Of a stretch of DNA of 64,000 nucleotides, positions 1 to 10,157 are shown piece after piece. This DNA comes from a virus. Position numbers and translations under genes: made by a program. Location of the stretch: the IMG/VR virus record IMGVR_UViG_3300037461_000748, positions 67,609-131,608 of that record. One strand, given 5' to 3'. A model generated the notes under the pieces. The model ran no database searches. It saw only the letters and a list, made by a program, of their open reading frames with translations, and had not been told where the DNA came from. The first letter of the stretch is position 1. Every line of letters starts with the position of its first letter.

Positions 1-1251
1 ACTAATTCCACGATAGGTTTCCTCAATGGTCATTCCTGCATGCAGCTTATATTTGCTGTCTTGTGCTGAGTCAAGTTGTGGAATTACTGCCGACACGTTA
101 ACCCCTTTAAATCCATCTAACGCTGTTTGAAATGGCAGGCCTAGTTCACCTACTACACGTGTTGCCTCAGAAGACATGTCTCTTTGAAAAGAAAATGAAT
201 TTATCTGGCTAGGAAACAATATATTAAATTTTGCCGGAGGCGCATTGTCAAGACTTGGTAAAAAATACAATCTGTTAGAAAGATAGTGCTTTACGTCTTC
301 GGCTGTTCCCCAAAACACTTTCGCTTCGGTATGTGCCGCTGGCGCTATCATTGTGTAATAAGTTATTCTTAAGAACTCTTTAATTGCTTCCCACAAGGTT
401 AATGATGTATTAGACGACAAATTTAATCTGATGTCCATGTTCTGTAACACTAAATTATGCAAGAAGGCAGTAACTTTACCATAGTTTGGAAATGCCATTA
501 TTGACTTAGTTAGTGAATACGATAATGATTGAACTCCAAAGTAAGGATCGAACACTTCATAATATCTAAGGAAGAACTGAACTAACGGAAGAAAGTCCCC
601 TTTCTTGACCACTCCCTTGGACATGAGATTGATAAATTGCAGTGGCAACGTTTGTCTAGAAGTTACAACTAAGTTTTCCAATTGAGAATCTATCATCGTA
701 GAGCGGGTAGATTGCTTTGCTTTGATAGTACTCATTAAATTATTAATAGTTCCACCAGTAATCTGACTTCTATTAACGAATGTAGCTGAAATCTTAGCCT
801 TAGTTGGGTCATCACCAGTATATTCAGTTGTTTTAATACTGTCCAACGTAGTTGGCGTAGGCGCTCCGGAAATTCTGTAACGAAGTTTATTAGTCATTAA
901 TGTATCCATCGGACGTAATGTTGCTTGATAAAATCTGGATAATAAACTATTACAGACTAATGATGCGATTCTTCCTGAAGCGCCCTTCTGATATTGAATT
1001 CCAGTAACCTCTCCCTCAAATAATAAACCAATATATTCTTCACCAAGTTTGTTTTTAATTGGTCCAAAAATCTGGACAATGGTTCCCGGTAATATTCTAA
1101 GTGCACCATATGAAGATGGAAATGCTATTGATGCTGTTGGAAAATTCCCCTCTGATTCAGAAATATTAACAGTCGAGAAAGGAACTGATATACCCTCTAG
1201 ATAAACTTGAAAATTTAATTTTTTATCTACAATAGGTTGAGTAATGCGCAT
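1..1251 (-). CDS. Putative baseplate hub/late-control-D-like protein (truncated at window edge)
   Basis: Not in ORF track. ATG at 1251 overlaps the TMP stop (TAATG) and the frame stays open to base 1 (MRITQPIVDKKLNFQVYLEGISVPFSTVNISESEG...LLFEGEVTGIQY). Position after the tape measure and the beta-rich N-terminus suggest a hub protein (inference). Confidence 0.55.
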   Translation of the reverse strand, partial: MRITQPIVDKKLNFQVYLEGISVPFSTVNISESEGNFPTASIAFPSSYGALRILPGTIVQIFGPIKNKLGEEYIGLLFEGEVTGIQYQKGASGRIASLVCNSLLSRFYQATLRPMDTLMTNKLRYRISGAPTPTTLDSIKTTEYTGDDPTKAKISATFVNRSQITGGTINNLMSTIKAKQSTRSTMIDSQLENLVVTSRQTLPLQFINLMSKGVVKKGDFLPLVQFFLRYYEVFDPYFGVQSLSYSLTKSIMAFPNYGKVTAFLHNLVLQNMDIRLNLSSNTSLTLWEAIKEFLRITYYTMIAPAAHTEAKVFWGTAEDVKHYLSNRLYFLPSLDNAPPAKFNILFPSQINSFSFQRDMSSEATRVVGELGLPFQTALDGFKGVNVSAVIPQLDSAQDSKYKLHAGMTIEETYRGIS

Positions 1252-4200
1252 TAGGGTTTATCCTCCCGAGGTCCACTGAGGGCCGGAAATAAGAAACTAA
1301 ATCCTGTTTTTTTATTTACATCATAAATAGGTATTCCGTCTCCATCAAGCATTCGTAATAATGTATCCATAGTCATCATGACCTTTTCATCTTTATCTCT
1401 ACCTATGCCTAAGGTCTGTAATATTCCTGGGGACCTTGCTTCAAGTATACTCTGAGCAGAAAGGCTTCTACTTACATCCTCTCTCATGACCTTCATCCTA
1501 TCATCTGCACTTCTAGCTTGTCGAAATCTATCAGTTATACCTGGCATAAGTGCTTCCATTCTACCCTCTTGAACTTCTCCAAAAATTTGGATATTAGATT
1601 CAGCGGCAGTTGCACTAATTGCATGCTGTTCTATTGCCCTTTGTGCCGAAAGTCTTGCGTCGTCGTCTTGAATTTCAGAGATTCTTAAGGATTTTGTTTG
1701 CTCATCAATAGTAGTTTGTAATTGAATCCGCGCCTTTGCCATGACTCCGAGCCGTTGGGTATTAGTGTAACCCTTTGTCTTAGACGCATTTCTAACAGCT
1801 TGCCAGGCCATAGCCATAGCTTTAGAATGATCATCGTCTCTGTCTCTTAGATCAGATATAATATCGTCCATCTCCGCAATAGTTGTAACGTCTCCTCGCG
1901 AATAGTCTCTTTCTAAATCAGCAAATATGTCTTTAATTGCCCCACCTATGAACTCATTCGTAGTGACTTTTCCCCCAAGTCCTAAGAGCCCGGTGGATAC
2001 TTCTCTAGCCCCCACACCTTCAGCATATTTTTCTCCCAGGGCCAAAGCTTCATCCATTGTAGAGTTTCTTAATTTCCCTAATCCAGTATCAATACTCTTG
2101 CTAGCATTTACCAGCATCTGATTTCTTATAGCTGTTCTTTGGTCGGTAACTCCGGCAACTGTGCCACCAGCGATCTTTCTAGCATATGAATCTTCGTTTA
2201 TTCTCTCATTCAACGCAGATTTTTCCAAATCCGTAAGTTCGTCGTAACTTCGTCCATTATATCCACTTCGTGCTAACTTATCTCTGGCTTGATCAGGAGT
2301 ATCAGACTCACTAATTACATGAACATTAACTTTTTCCCAGGCATAGTCTATAGCATCTTTGTACGCTTTAGTTGTTTTATCTGGAGGATCCGATACATAC
2401 TCTTTTCTTCGATGATCCAATGTAGTTTGTACTTGTTCTGGAGTAAATCCTCTACTAGTCATACCGATGACATCTTTAAGAGTTTCTTCTTTATCATGGT
2501 ATCCCATGCCTAACGTAAACCTTTTAAAAACATTCTTAGTCTCTTCATCAAGGTCTGGTCGTACAATCTTAGTTCTGCTCGGAGTATCTGTTACATCGCC
2601 TGCAAGCGATTTATATAGACCCTTATCTTCCTCCTCTAATTGACTTAAAAATGTCTTATATTCCCTATCAGCTGCTTGGGCCAAGATTCGTCTCCTCTCT
2701 TCGGAATCTTTAGCAGTTTTTCCAGCCAACACTCGCTCCACATCAGTTTCAATGCTTGTCATTAACGCAGAGTTTTGAAAATTACTGAATTCCTTTCTGA
2801 CATCGTTATCTCTAATTAGTTCCTCTGTTCTGAAAGTTTTGCGTCCAGTAAAGAAGTCACTAACTCCAGTAACAGTTCTTTCAAAGAAATCTCCTACGGC
2901 TTCTCCAGCTCTATTAACAACTCCTATGTCCAAAGTTTTGTCAAGTTCGTACATCGCATTATACCAGGCCTTCTTGTAAAACGGAATAGAAGTATTGATA
3001 TCTGCTTCTGTTTGTAGCATACTAACTATGTCTTGACCAGCCATTTCTTGTCTTGTTGGACCACCACCGATGGCCATTGCTCCCTTAACAAGAGCAGTAG
3101 CCTTATCAGGACTAATATTTAATTGCTGGGAAACGAGTCCAGCAACAACGTCCCAGTGGATTCTTCCCTCAGAATCTGTAGACCCAGGCATTATCTTAGC
3201 AAGGTCTATCATTGGTTTTATAGCCCGTAGTGTCAATTCCTCTGTACCCTCTTGACCTATGGCCCCAATGATTCTAGGAAGTTGAATACTCATCGCCGGC
3301 AATATCATGGGATTTCCAGAAACAAGGTCTCCCGCAGCTCCAAGCATTCCTAGTAGACCCCCCGCACCATTATAACCGCCAAGCATTGCCGTCATACCAA
3401 GCATACCTTGGCCACTGAGTCCCCATCTTACCAATGTTTCCATTTGGCCGATGCCAAACCTGCCAGGTCCTCCAGCTTCTGTGATGATTCTCATAAGATC
3501 CTCATCTCCAGTCCTTGTAAGTCGCTCTGCTTGTAACCTTGAATCTATTGCCATCATGTAACCTGCTTGTGCACCGATGCCAGCTTGTCTAGTCATCTGA
3601 GCTCCTTGAAGACCTATGCCAGCAATTTCTGATACATCCATTCCAGTCATATTAGCAATGTTACTCATACGAGCTGTCAATGCGGATACATTCTCAGTAG
3701 TGGCAATCATGTTTTGCTGTAAAGTTCCCATGAACTGTGCTGCTTCTGTAAAGGACATATCCATGTCAGCGGCAACTTGCTTAAAGTTATTTAATAAAGA
3801 CATCGTAGTAGTTCTGAATTGTTCGATTCCCCGAACATTTTGAAATCCACCGGCGTTAGCAAAAGCCACTATTTCTTCTTCAGCACTTTGAACATCGAAT
3901 CCTCTAGCTCGTTGTTCTGGTCTAAGAAACTTATCCTGTATTTGACTAGCGAGGTCCTCAGCTTCAGTTGCAGTAATTCCCGCCCCAGATGCTCTAGAAA
4001 TGTAATGTAGACCTTCTCCAATTGCAACTCTTTCTCGTTCAGCTGATAATAAGAAGTCAGACACTCCCTCAGCTATAGTACCGGCTGTCCAACCGGCTAA
4101 CGTCCCAACGCCAGGAGCCACAACACTTCCTATGGCTGCACCAGCTATGTCCCAGCCCCAGTCTCTAGTAAATCCCATGATGCGTTCTTCTGTTCTATAT

Positions 4201-4751
4201 TGTGCTGCTCTTCTCGCCTCTCCAGGAGTCACCGGGCCGCGATAATCAAACCCAGAATCTAATAGTCCAAATATCGAAGGAACATATTTTCCACCTATTA
4301 AATCTTTCCAAGCTCCCGGATCTCCAGGAACTCCTGGACCAGTGGGCACTTGAAATGTGGGATATGGTGCAGGCCTTGTTAATAGACCCATTACTCTAAG
4401 ATCATCTGTAAACTTAGTGTATCCCATCTGTAGTGTTTCAGCAGCTTTGTCCATCTCAGCAGTCATCGCTTCCATGAAACCTCTACCACCATCAGTGGGT
4501 CCAGTCTGTGCTCCGACCTTAGACCAAAAACTAGCATCAATCTGATCTGCGAATTGACCAGCAGGAGCTGCTGTAAACTCTTTGGCTAATAGTGGATAAT
4601 TTGCTAATAAGTCTTGAGCCTTTGGTAATTCAGCCGCACGCATAGCAGTGGCGCCAACAGCTGTATCAATTCGCTGCCTAACTGCATCTAATTGCGCACC
4701 AAGGTCTGTATCATCTATTTCTACCCGGTAAGTTACTGTTTCTTCAGGCAC
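1251..4751 (-). CDS. Tape measure protein
   Basis: 1166 aa, helical, Ala/Gly-rich, glycine-zipper segment (GAAIGSVVAPGVGTLAGWTAG); lies directly downstream of a frameshifting chaperone pair. Confidence 0.75.
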   Translation of the reverse strand: MPEETVTYRVEIDDTDLGAQLDAVRQRIDTAVGATAMRAAELPKAQDLLANYPLLAKEFTAAPAGQFADQIDASFWSKVGAQTGPTDGGRGFMEAMTAEMDKAAETLQMGYTKFTDDLRVMGLLTRPAPYPTFQVPTGPGVPGDPGAWKDLIGGKYVPSIFGLLDSGFDYRGPVTPGEARRAAQYRTEERIMGFTRDWGWDIAGAAIGSVVAPGVGTLAGWTAGTIAEGVSDFLLSAERERVAIGEGLHYISRASGAGITATEAEDLASQIQDKFLRPEQRARGFDVQSAEEEIVAFANAGGFQNVRGIEQFRTTTMSLLNNFKQVAADMDMSFTEAAQFMGTLQQNMIATTENVSALTARMSNIANMTGMDVSEIAGIGLQGAQMTRQAGIGAQAGYMMAIDSRLQAERLTRTGDEDLMRIITEAGGPGRFGIGQMETLVRWGLSGQGMLGMTAMLGGYNGAGGLLGMLGAAGDLVSGNPMILPAMSIQLPRIIGAIGQEGTEELTLRAIKPMIDLAKIMPGSTDSEGRIHWDVVAGLVSQQLNISPDKATALVKGAMAIGGGPTRQEMAGQDIVSMLQTEADINTSIPFYKKAWYNAMYELDKTLDIGVVNRAGEAVGDFFERTVTGVSDFFTGRKTFRTEELIRDNDVRKEFSNFQNSALMTSIETDVERVLAGKTAKDSEERRRILAQAADREYKTFLSQLEEEDKGLYKSLAGDVTDTPSRTKIVRPDLDEETKNVFKRFTLGMGYHDKEETLKDVIGMTSRGFTPEQVQTTLDHRRKEYVSDPPDKTTKAYKDAIDYAWEKVNVHVISESDTPDQARDKLARSGYNGRSYDELTDLEKSALNERINEDSYARKIAGGTVAGVTDQRTAIRNQMLVNASKSIDTGLGKLRNSTMDEALALGEKYAEGVGAREVSTGLLGLGGKVTTNEFIGGAIKDIFADLERDYSRGDVTTIAEMDDIISDLRDRDDDHSKAMAMAWQAVRNASKTKGYTNTQRLGVMAKARIQLQTTIDEQTKSLRISEIQDDDARLSAQRAIEQHAISATAAESNIQIFGEVQEGRMEALMPGITDRFRQARSADDRMKVMREDVSRSLSAQSILEARSPGILQTLGIGRDKDEKVMMTMDTLLRMLDGDGIPIYDVNKKTGFSFLFPALSGPREDKP

Positions 4752-4753
4752 TG

Positions 4754-5550
4754 TTACTCTCCAGTAAGTTTCTTATAAAATGTTTTAACGTCAGTAGCTG
4801 GGATCTCCTTATCAGTTGTCACGTTATCAATTCTAAGTCTACCAATCATGTTTTTATTTAGTAAATCAGATTGAACTTTCTTGAACTGTTTATCAAGATC
4901 TTCTGGTTTACCAGCTGGTACATTCTTTCCTAATAAGGAATTTTTATACTCATTTAGAAGCTTATTAAACTCTTGAACTTCGCTACTATTACTTCTATCA
5001 AGAGAAGAAGCTTTTATTATTAACATGGTTTCTAAATACCTTACAACCTTGTCATTTTCTAAATGTCTTAATATTATTGTTTCCTTTAAGCTGCCTCGCT
5101 TCCCGGGGTTGATCCCTCTTGAGATTGCTTCCGCCCTACGTGCTGCGAGGCCTGGTCGAAAAAAACTTTATCAATCTCATCCATGTTTAAAGCTTCCCTC
5201 ACTTCCTTTTCAAACATATTCTGAAGCTTAACGATCTTATCTACTAGCACACTGGATAAGCCAGTCCTATTAATAAATGCTGCGGCTTCTTCACGGCTCT
5301 TAAATTCGTTTGCACCATACTTAACTAATGTGGCGCTAATAAGTTTAAGTCCGTAAGTATGAATTATGAATGGACCAGAACCTTTAACCTCACACATTTC
5401 CTTTTCAATGCTAATTTGATCGATGGAACTTAAGTTTTTTATAATTGCTGAGAGCTTATTAGGAATAAGCTCAATCTCTTTTGAAGCGTATCCGTCTTCG
5501 AACAATTGTTCTAATATCGCTTCATTGTTGTTGTTTTTATTTTTAGGCAT
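4754..5550 (-). CDS. Tail assembly chaperone G (5086..5550) and frameshifted GT form (about 265 aa, ends 4754)
   Basis: Slippery T TTT TTC at 5164-5158. The -1 frame is open (FRPGLAARRAEAISRG...YLETMLIIKASS) and continues into ORF 4754..5026. Upstream of TMP. Confidence 0.8.
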
Positions 5551-5583
5551 ATCATTGTTTGGTTTAGTTAAACTATATACTAT

Positions 5584-5612
5584 AATATAAGATATTTTTT
5601 CAAGTAATACAA
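5584..5612 (-). promoter_or_regulatory. Sigma70-like promoter for chaperone/TMP operon
   Basis: TTGTAT-17-TATATT on - strand upstream of 5550. Confidence 0.5.
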
Positions 5613-5618
5613 CATTTA

Positions 5619-5632
5619 TTTGGTATAAGAAT
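5619..5632 (+). promoter_or_regulatory. Recurrent TTTGGTATAAGAAT motif (putative phage promoter), copy 1
   Basis: Same GGTATAAGAAT core at 40987-41000 and 51905-51918; this copy heads the + strand block. Confidence 0.55.
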
Positions 5633-5680
5633 TCTGAGAAATATTATCTTAGAATTTAAGAACCCAATCAAATTCTTTTT

Positions 5681-7033
5681 ATGTTAGTTTTTATAAAGAA
5701 TATGGCTAGATTGGTCGGCGTAGAGTCAGTAATGTTAAGGGACATAAAGAATCTGTTGACTTTACACAACCCACTGTTCGGAAAGAAGTTAGACTTAAAT
5801 CTTTCTGTTGTAGGTATTCCAAAATTTCTTAAGTATTACAGGTCAATTAGTGAGACTTCTATTGAAGTACCGGTAGGAGCGTTGCCTGAAATATTAAAGA
5901 AATTTGATAAGAAAGATATAGAAATAATAGACAGTAGAGTCTCTAATCTACAACCCGACTATTTTTCTAGCTTAAAATTTACTGGAAAGTTACGAGATTA
6001 TCAAGAAGATATAATACAGGCGTGCTTACCCAAGACAGTTGGAATTGTGCAGGCCATGACAGGAAGTGGAAAAACCATTGTGTTCATTGCACTTATAATG
6101 AAGCGACAAGAGCCTACACTAATATTGGTTAATACCCTTGAACTAGCAAATCAAACCATCTCGTCATTTACTAAATTCACAAATATCAAGGCTGCTGACA
6201 TAGGGTTCATAGGTGACGGTAGATTTGAAATAAAACCAGTTACCGTTGGATTACATCAGACTATGGCAAAACTAGAAGATAATAAGTTTAATTTGATTGA
6301 TGAAAGATTCGGTCAAATTATCGCAGACGAAGTGCATATATGCGGAGCACAAACTTATTATCGAACGATGACACATTTATCAGCTAAATATAAGTACGGG
6401 TTCTCGGCTACGCCAAAGAGAGACGATGGTTTAACCGAAGCTATTCATTTTGCAACGGGACCTACCATTCATGAAGTTCCTAAGGATAAATTAACAAGCG
6501 TATTAATTACACCTTCCTATAAGACCATTGATACAGAGTATCAGTATTATCTTTTCAATTCACAAGAATACCAAGAAATGATTACTGATATGGCTGAAGA
6601 CGTAAAGCGTAATAAGCTCATCGTTGATACCTGGAAAAAGAATTACAAGGGACGTAGTACAATAATATTATGTCTAAGAGTAGCTCATCTGGAAATCTTA
6701 CATAAGATGCTTCCAAAGGAATCAGTAATGCTCCATTCTAAAATGAAAAAGAAAGACAGGGCCTCTGCATTAGAACAAATAATCAGTGGAGAAAAGACAA
6801 TTGTATTATCAACGTATGGATTATTTAGTACTGGCATCGACGTACCACGGCTGGAAGTATTAATGTTGGCAGCACCAATGAAATCAGAAGTTAAATTAAA
6901 ACAGGCAGCAGGGCGACTAATGCGGATGTGCAAAGGCAAAACATCGGCTGAAATAGTTGACTTTGTTGATAAGAATATTGACTTATTAAAATTTCAGTAT
7001 TATAAAAGAGGTAGGATATTAAGAGCTATATGA
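5681..7033 (+). CDS. Superfamily 2 DEAD/DEAH helicase (UvsW/XPB-like)
   Basis: LRDYQ Q-motif, TGSGKT Walker A, DEVH, SAT, TGIDVP, QAAGRLMR. Confidence 0.9.
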   Translation: MLVFIKNMARLVGVESVMLRDIKNLLTLHNPLFGKKLDLNLSVVGIPKFLKYYRSISETSIEVPVGALPEILKKFDKKDIEIIDSRVSNLQPDYFSSLKFTGKLRDYQEDIIQACLPKTVGIVQAMTGSGKTIVFIALIMKRQEPTLILVNTLELANQTISSFTKFTNIKAADIGFIGDGRFEIKPVTVGLHQTMAKLEDNKFNLIDERFGQIIADEVHICGAQTYYRTMTHLSAKYKYGFSATPKRDDGLTEAIHFATGPTIHEVPKDKLTSVLITPSYKTIDTEYQYYLFNSQEYQEMITDMAEDVKRNKLIVDTWKKNYKGRSTIILCLRVAHLEILHKMLPKESVMLHSKMKKKDRASALEQIISGEKTIVLSTYGLFSTGIDVPRLEVLMLAAPMKSEVKLKQAAGRLMRMCKGKTSAEIVDFVDKNIDLLKFQYYKRGRILRAI

Positions 7034-7215
7034 AAACAGTACCATTTCCAGGAGAAGCTCCAATAGTTACTGTAATCAACTGTGGAGCCTTAGATATTGT
7101 CGAAGAACAAGAGTTTTTAAAATATTGTAAACAACGCAATATTGACATAAATTCCTTAGAAAGCTTAGAAAAAGCTTTTGACGACTGGGAACCCGAAAGA
7201 TTTAACATTATTTAA
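7030..7215 (+). CDS. Hypothetical protein
   Basis: 61 aa ORF, ATGA-coupled to the helicase. Confidence 0.5.
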   Translation: MKTVPFPGEAPIVTVINCGALDIVEEQEFLKYCKQRNIDINSLESLEKAFDDWEPERFNII

Positions 7216-7218
7216 AAT

Positions 7219-7782
7219 ATGAAATTATCAGAATGTAACAGGTGTAAGGATCTATTAGAATACAGAACACAGGTAGTGCTCCCCATTGTTCGAGGTACTT
7301 CCCCAACTGTATTATTTCTAGGCGAAGCTCCTGGAGGAACAGAAGATAAAAAAGGAGAGCCATTTTGTGGATCCGCTGGCAAATGGCATTGGTGGTTTGC
7401 TAATGAAATTGGCGTTGCCGATTCTTGCGTAGTAGGCAATTGTATCAATTGTAGACCTGTAGTATTAAAAGGCAAGCGAAAAGTAAATGGAAAACCCACA
7501 GATGATCAGCTAATGAACTGTAGTCATTGGAGAAATATGTTAATTAGATCATATAGTTTTAAGTTGATTATATTATACGGAACATATCCTATCGCAGCAA
7601 TGTTAGACTTGCATCCTCCAGTGTCAAAATGGGTAGGCCGAAAGTTTGTTAATAGTAAAATTGGCATTCCTTTATTAGCTTGTTATCACCCAGCCACATT
7701 GGTATATGATTATAAGGAATACATTTCTGCCTGGGAAGAACATACAAAAATTGCGAGGAAATTATTATATGAAGAAAACTGA
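7219..7782 (+). CDS. Uracil-DNA glycosylase family 4
   Basis: CxxC, GEAPGxxEDxxGEPFxGxAG, NCRP, YHPA. Confidence 0.9.
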   Translation: MKLSECNRCKDLLEYRTQVVLPIVRGTSPTVLFLGEAPGGTEDKKGEPFCGSAGKWHWWFANEIGVADSCVVGNCINCRPVVLKGKRKVNGKPTDDQLMNCSHWRNMLIRSYSFKLIILYGTYPIAAMLDLHPPVSKWVGRKFVNSKIGIPLLACYHPATLVYDYKEYISAWEEHTKIARKLLYEEN

Positions 7783-7942
7783 TGAAGAATATATTAAAGA
7801 TTGTTATGAGTTCATTAAGCCACACATCGGTCATCAACGGCTTCGACCAGGCGTAGTAATGATTGTGTCTGGAACAATTGAAGTTATACCGACCTCATTA
7901 GAAGAACGACGAGAATTTTTTGAAAAAAATATGCAAATATGA
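7769..7942 (+). CDS. Hypothetical protein
   Basis: ORF 7706..7942; ATG 7769 (MKKTDEEY) preferred to minimise overlap. Confidence 0.45.
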   Translation: MKKTDEEYIKDCYEFIKPHIGHQRLRPGVVMIVSGTIEVIPTSLEERREFFEKNMQI

Positions 7943-8280
7943 CACCAGAGTACGATTTTACATTTACAGATGACAACTCTACAGAAGATCCCAGACCAAA
8001 TCTAAGAATTGCAAAATGCTGTGGCAATTGTAAATACTTTTGGTACAAAAAGAACAAACAGCGCAGGGGATTCTGCAGAATACCAAACCCCCACTTAAAA
8101 TTTGTGGCAAAGAGACTCGGAGAAAGCTATGACGAAAATGAGATCAGAAAAAACTGGGCTCCAGCGCATGTTACTAATACGTGTGATCTTCATAGATTTA
8201 CTTCAATCTGGTCGTCAATTAATAGAGTCTCAGACTGGGTTGGTAAAAAATTCAATGCTCAAGGAGCGTTAGAGGAATAA
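7939..8280 (+). CDS. Cys-rich hypothetical protein
   Basis: CCGNC..C..C pattern; coupled ORF. Confidence 0.55.
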   Translation: MTPEYDFTFTDDNSTEDPRPNLRIAKCCGNCKYFWYKKNKQRRGFCRIPNPHLKFVAKRLGESYDENEIRKNWAPAHVTNTCDLHRFTSIWSSINRVSDWVGKKFNAQGALEE

Positions 8281-8283
8281 GAA

Positions 8284-9762
8284 ATGTATAAACCCATTAT
8301 CAAGCTTTTGAGAAGCCATGGGTTTTCAGCTTGGATATGTGGCGGTTCTGCCAGAGATTTATATCTCGGCTTAGAGACCAATGGACATGAGATTGCTGTC
8401 AAAGCCACGTTAAACCAACTGAGGGAAGAACTGGGTGATAAGGTGCGGGGAATCAATGAATATGATACCTCGCTCCGTATTCACTTCATGGATAGGGATT
8501 ACACATTGTGTCCCCTTAAAAAAATTAATCTTGTTAACACCTATTATAGTTTTGATTACGTAACTTCGTTAGAAGAGGATGCCTCAACTAGGGATTTTAC
8601 GATTAACGCTCTATATTATGATCCGCTGGAGGACCAGTGGTTTGATTTTAATAATGGCAAAAAAGACGCTGACGACAAAATTATTAGATTCGTTGGCGAC
8701 CCTAAGACTAGAATTTTAGAATCAAAGGTCCGAATGATGAGAGCTGCGGTATTAAGCAGCACCTTAGGAGAGGGGTGGAACATTGACAATGATTCTCAAA
8801 GTGCAATAAAAAGTTATAGATTAAAAGCTGTCCCAATTCATCCAAAGCAACAAAACGATGAATTTGTTACATTATTAAAGAGAGCTGAAAAGCCAAGTAA
8901 AGCTTTCAAAATTATGAGAGCTGTTAAGTTATTAGATGCTGTATTTCCGGAACTTAAGGAAACCATCGGTATTGAACAAAGTAATAAGGCCGATAACTTA
9001 GACTTGTTTTCTCACATCATGCTTGCTGTGGACTCAATTCCATTAGACAAGCCAAATTCATTTATAATTAGATTAGCTGCGTTATTACATGACATTGGTA
9101 AACCTTACACAATGGTTAAAACTCCTTCTGGAATTCATTTTTATAATCATGAAAACGTAGGTGCTTACATAGCTGAAAGAATCCTACAAAGGTGGGGCTT
9201 TAATAAACAAATTACTGATAAGATTCTAATCTTGATCCGTAATCATTTGTTTGACGCCTCCTCTACCAAGTCAGAAGCTTCTATTAAGAAACTTATATCA
9301 AGGATTGGAGTAGAGCATATTCACGATTTATTAGATTTACGAATTGCTGATAGACTGGGCACCGGAAGGCCTGATATAAGTATGCAAAAAATCTATCAAT
9401 TAAGGGATAAGATAAATAATCAACTTGCTAAGACTAGTCCTAATAACTTTAAATTACAAATTAACCAAGAAACTCTTGAAACACTGTTGGGGAAATTTAC
9501 AGACAACACATCAGCAGCTATTTCAGAAGCAAGAATGTTTTTGGAAAGTAGAGTAATATATGGACGATTATCTAATAAACAGCCTAACTTAAAAAAGGCT
9601 CTAAGTAAAATTATTAGAATTAGATGCCCACTAGACAAAGCACACCTGCTTAAGACGTGGGCTGATATTCAATCAGGAAGCGCCGAAACTTTCCCAAACG
9701 GGAAACTTGTATGTGGCGTTTACTGTAATTTCCTATGTAATCAATACATGAAAAATCAATAA
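8284..9762 (+). CDS. CCA-adding/poly(A) polymerase-family protein with HD domain (NTase motifs degenerate)
   Basis: GGSARD, RDFTINAL, IIRFVGDP, LLHDIGKP, HFYNHE; the expected DxD reads GHE. Confidence 0.85.
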   Translation: MYKPIIKLLRSHGFSAWICGGSARDLYLGLETNGHEIAVKATLNQLREELGDKVRGINEYDTSLRIHFMDRDYTLCPLKKINLVNTYYSFDYVTSLEEDASTRDFTINALYYDPLEDQWFDFNNGKKDADDKIIRFVGDPKTRILESKVRMMRAAVLSSTLGEGWNIDNDSQSAIKSYRLKAVPIHPKQQNDEFVTLLKRAEKPSKAFKIMRAVKLLDAVFPELKETIGIEQSNKADNLDLFSHIMLAVDSIPLDKPNSFIIRLAALLHDIGKPYTMVKTPSGIHFYNHENVGAYIAERILQRWGFNKQITDKILILIRNHLFDASSTKSEASIKKLISRIGVEHIHDLLDLRIADRLGTGRPDISMQKIYQLRDKINNQLAKTSPNNFKLQINQETLETLLGKFTDNTSAAISEARMFLESRVIYGRLSNKQPNLKKALSKIIRIRCPLDKAHLLKTWADIQSGSAETFPNGKLVCGVYCNFLCNQYMKNQ

Positions 9763-9767
9763 ATGCA

Positions 9768-10157
9768 ATGGAGTTAATACCATGGATTGTTATAGCCCTA
9801 TTGGTAATAACAATTATCGTTTTAATAATTGAACTTCAGAAAAATAAAATTGGTTACAGGAAACTATTATCACAGAAAAAGAAGTCCGAGGTAAATCTGG
9901 GATATGTGTCTGAAAAATTAGCTCCATTTTTAAATGGATTTGGTTATGACCCGAACAGACTGATATTCATAGGAAAACCTATTGATTACATTCACTTCGG
10001 TGATAACGAAGTTACCTTTATAGAAATCAAATCAGGCAATTCTAGACTTACTAAAGGACAAAGAAGAATACGAAACTTAATCAAAGACTGTAAAGTGAAC
10101 TGGTACGAATACAGGGTAAAGGGGAGTGGTGACAATGATAGTCCACCCTCTATTTAG
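9768..10157 (+). CDS. Holliday-junction-resolvase-like PD-(D/E)xK endonuclease with N-terminal TM helix
   Basis: GYVSEKLAPF, FIGKPIDYI, FIEIKSG, LTKGQRRIR. Confidence 0.75.
   Translation: MELIPWIVIALLVITIIVLIIELQKNKIGYRKLLSQKKKSEVNLGYVSEKLAPFLNGFGYDPNRLIFIGKPIDYIHFGDNEVTFIEIKSGNSRLTKGQRRIRNLIKDCKVNWYEYRVKGSGDNDSPPSI

Noticed and set aside
4754-5026. Independent 90-aa gene
   Set aside because: Better explained as the C-terminal part of the frameshifted GT chaperone; independent initiation is not excluded.
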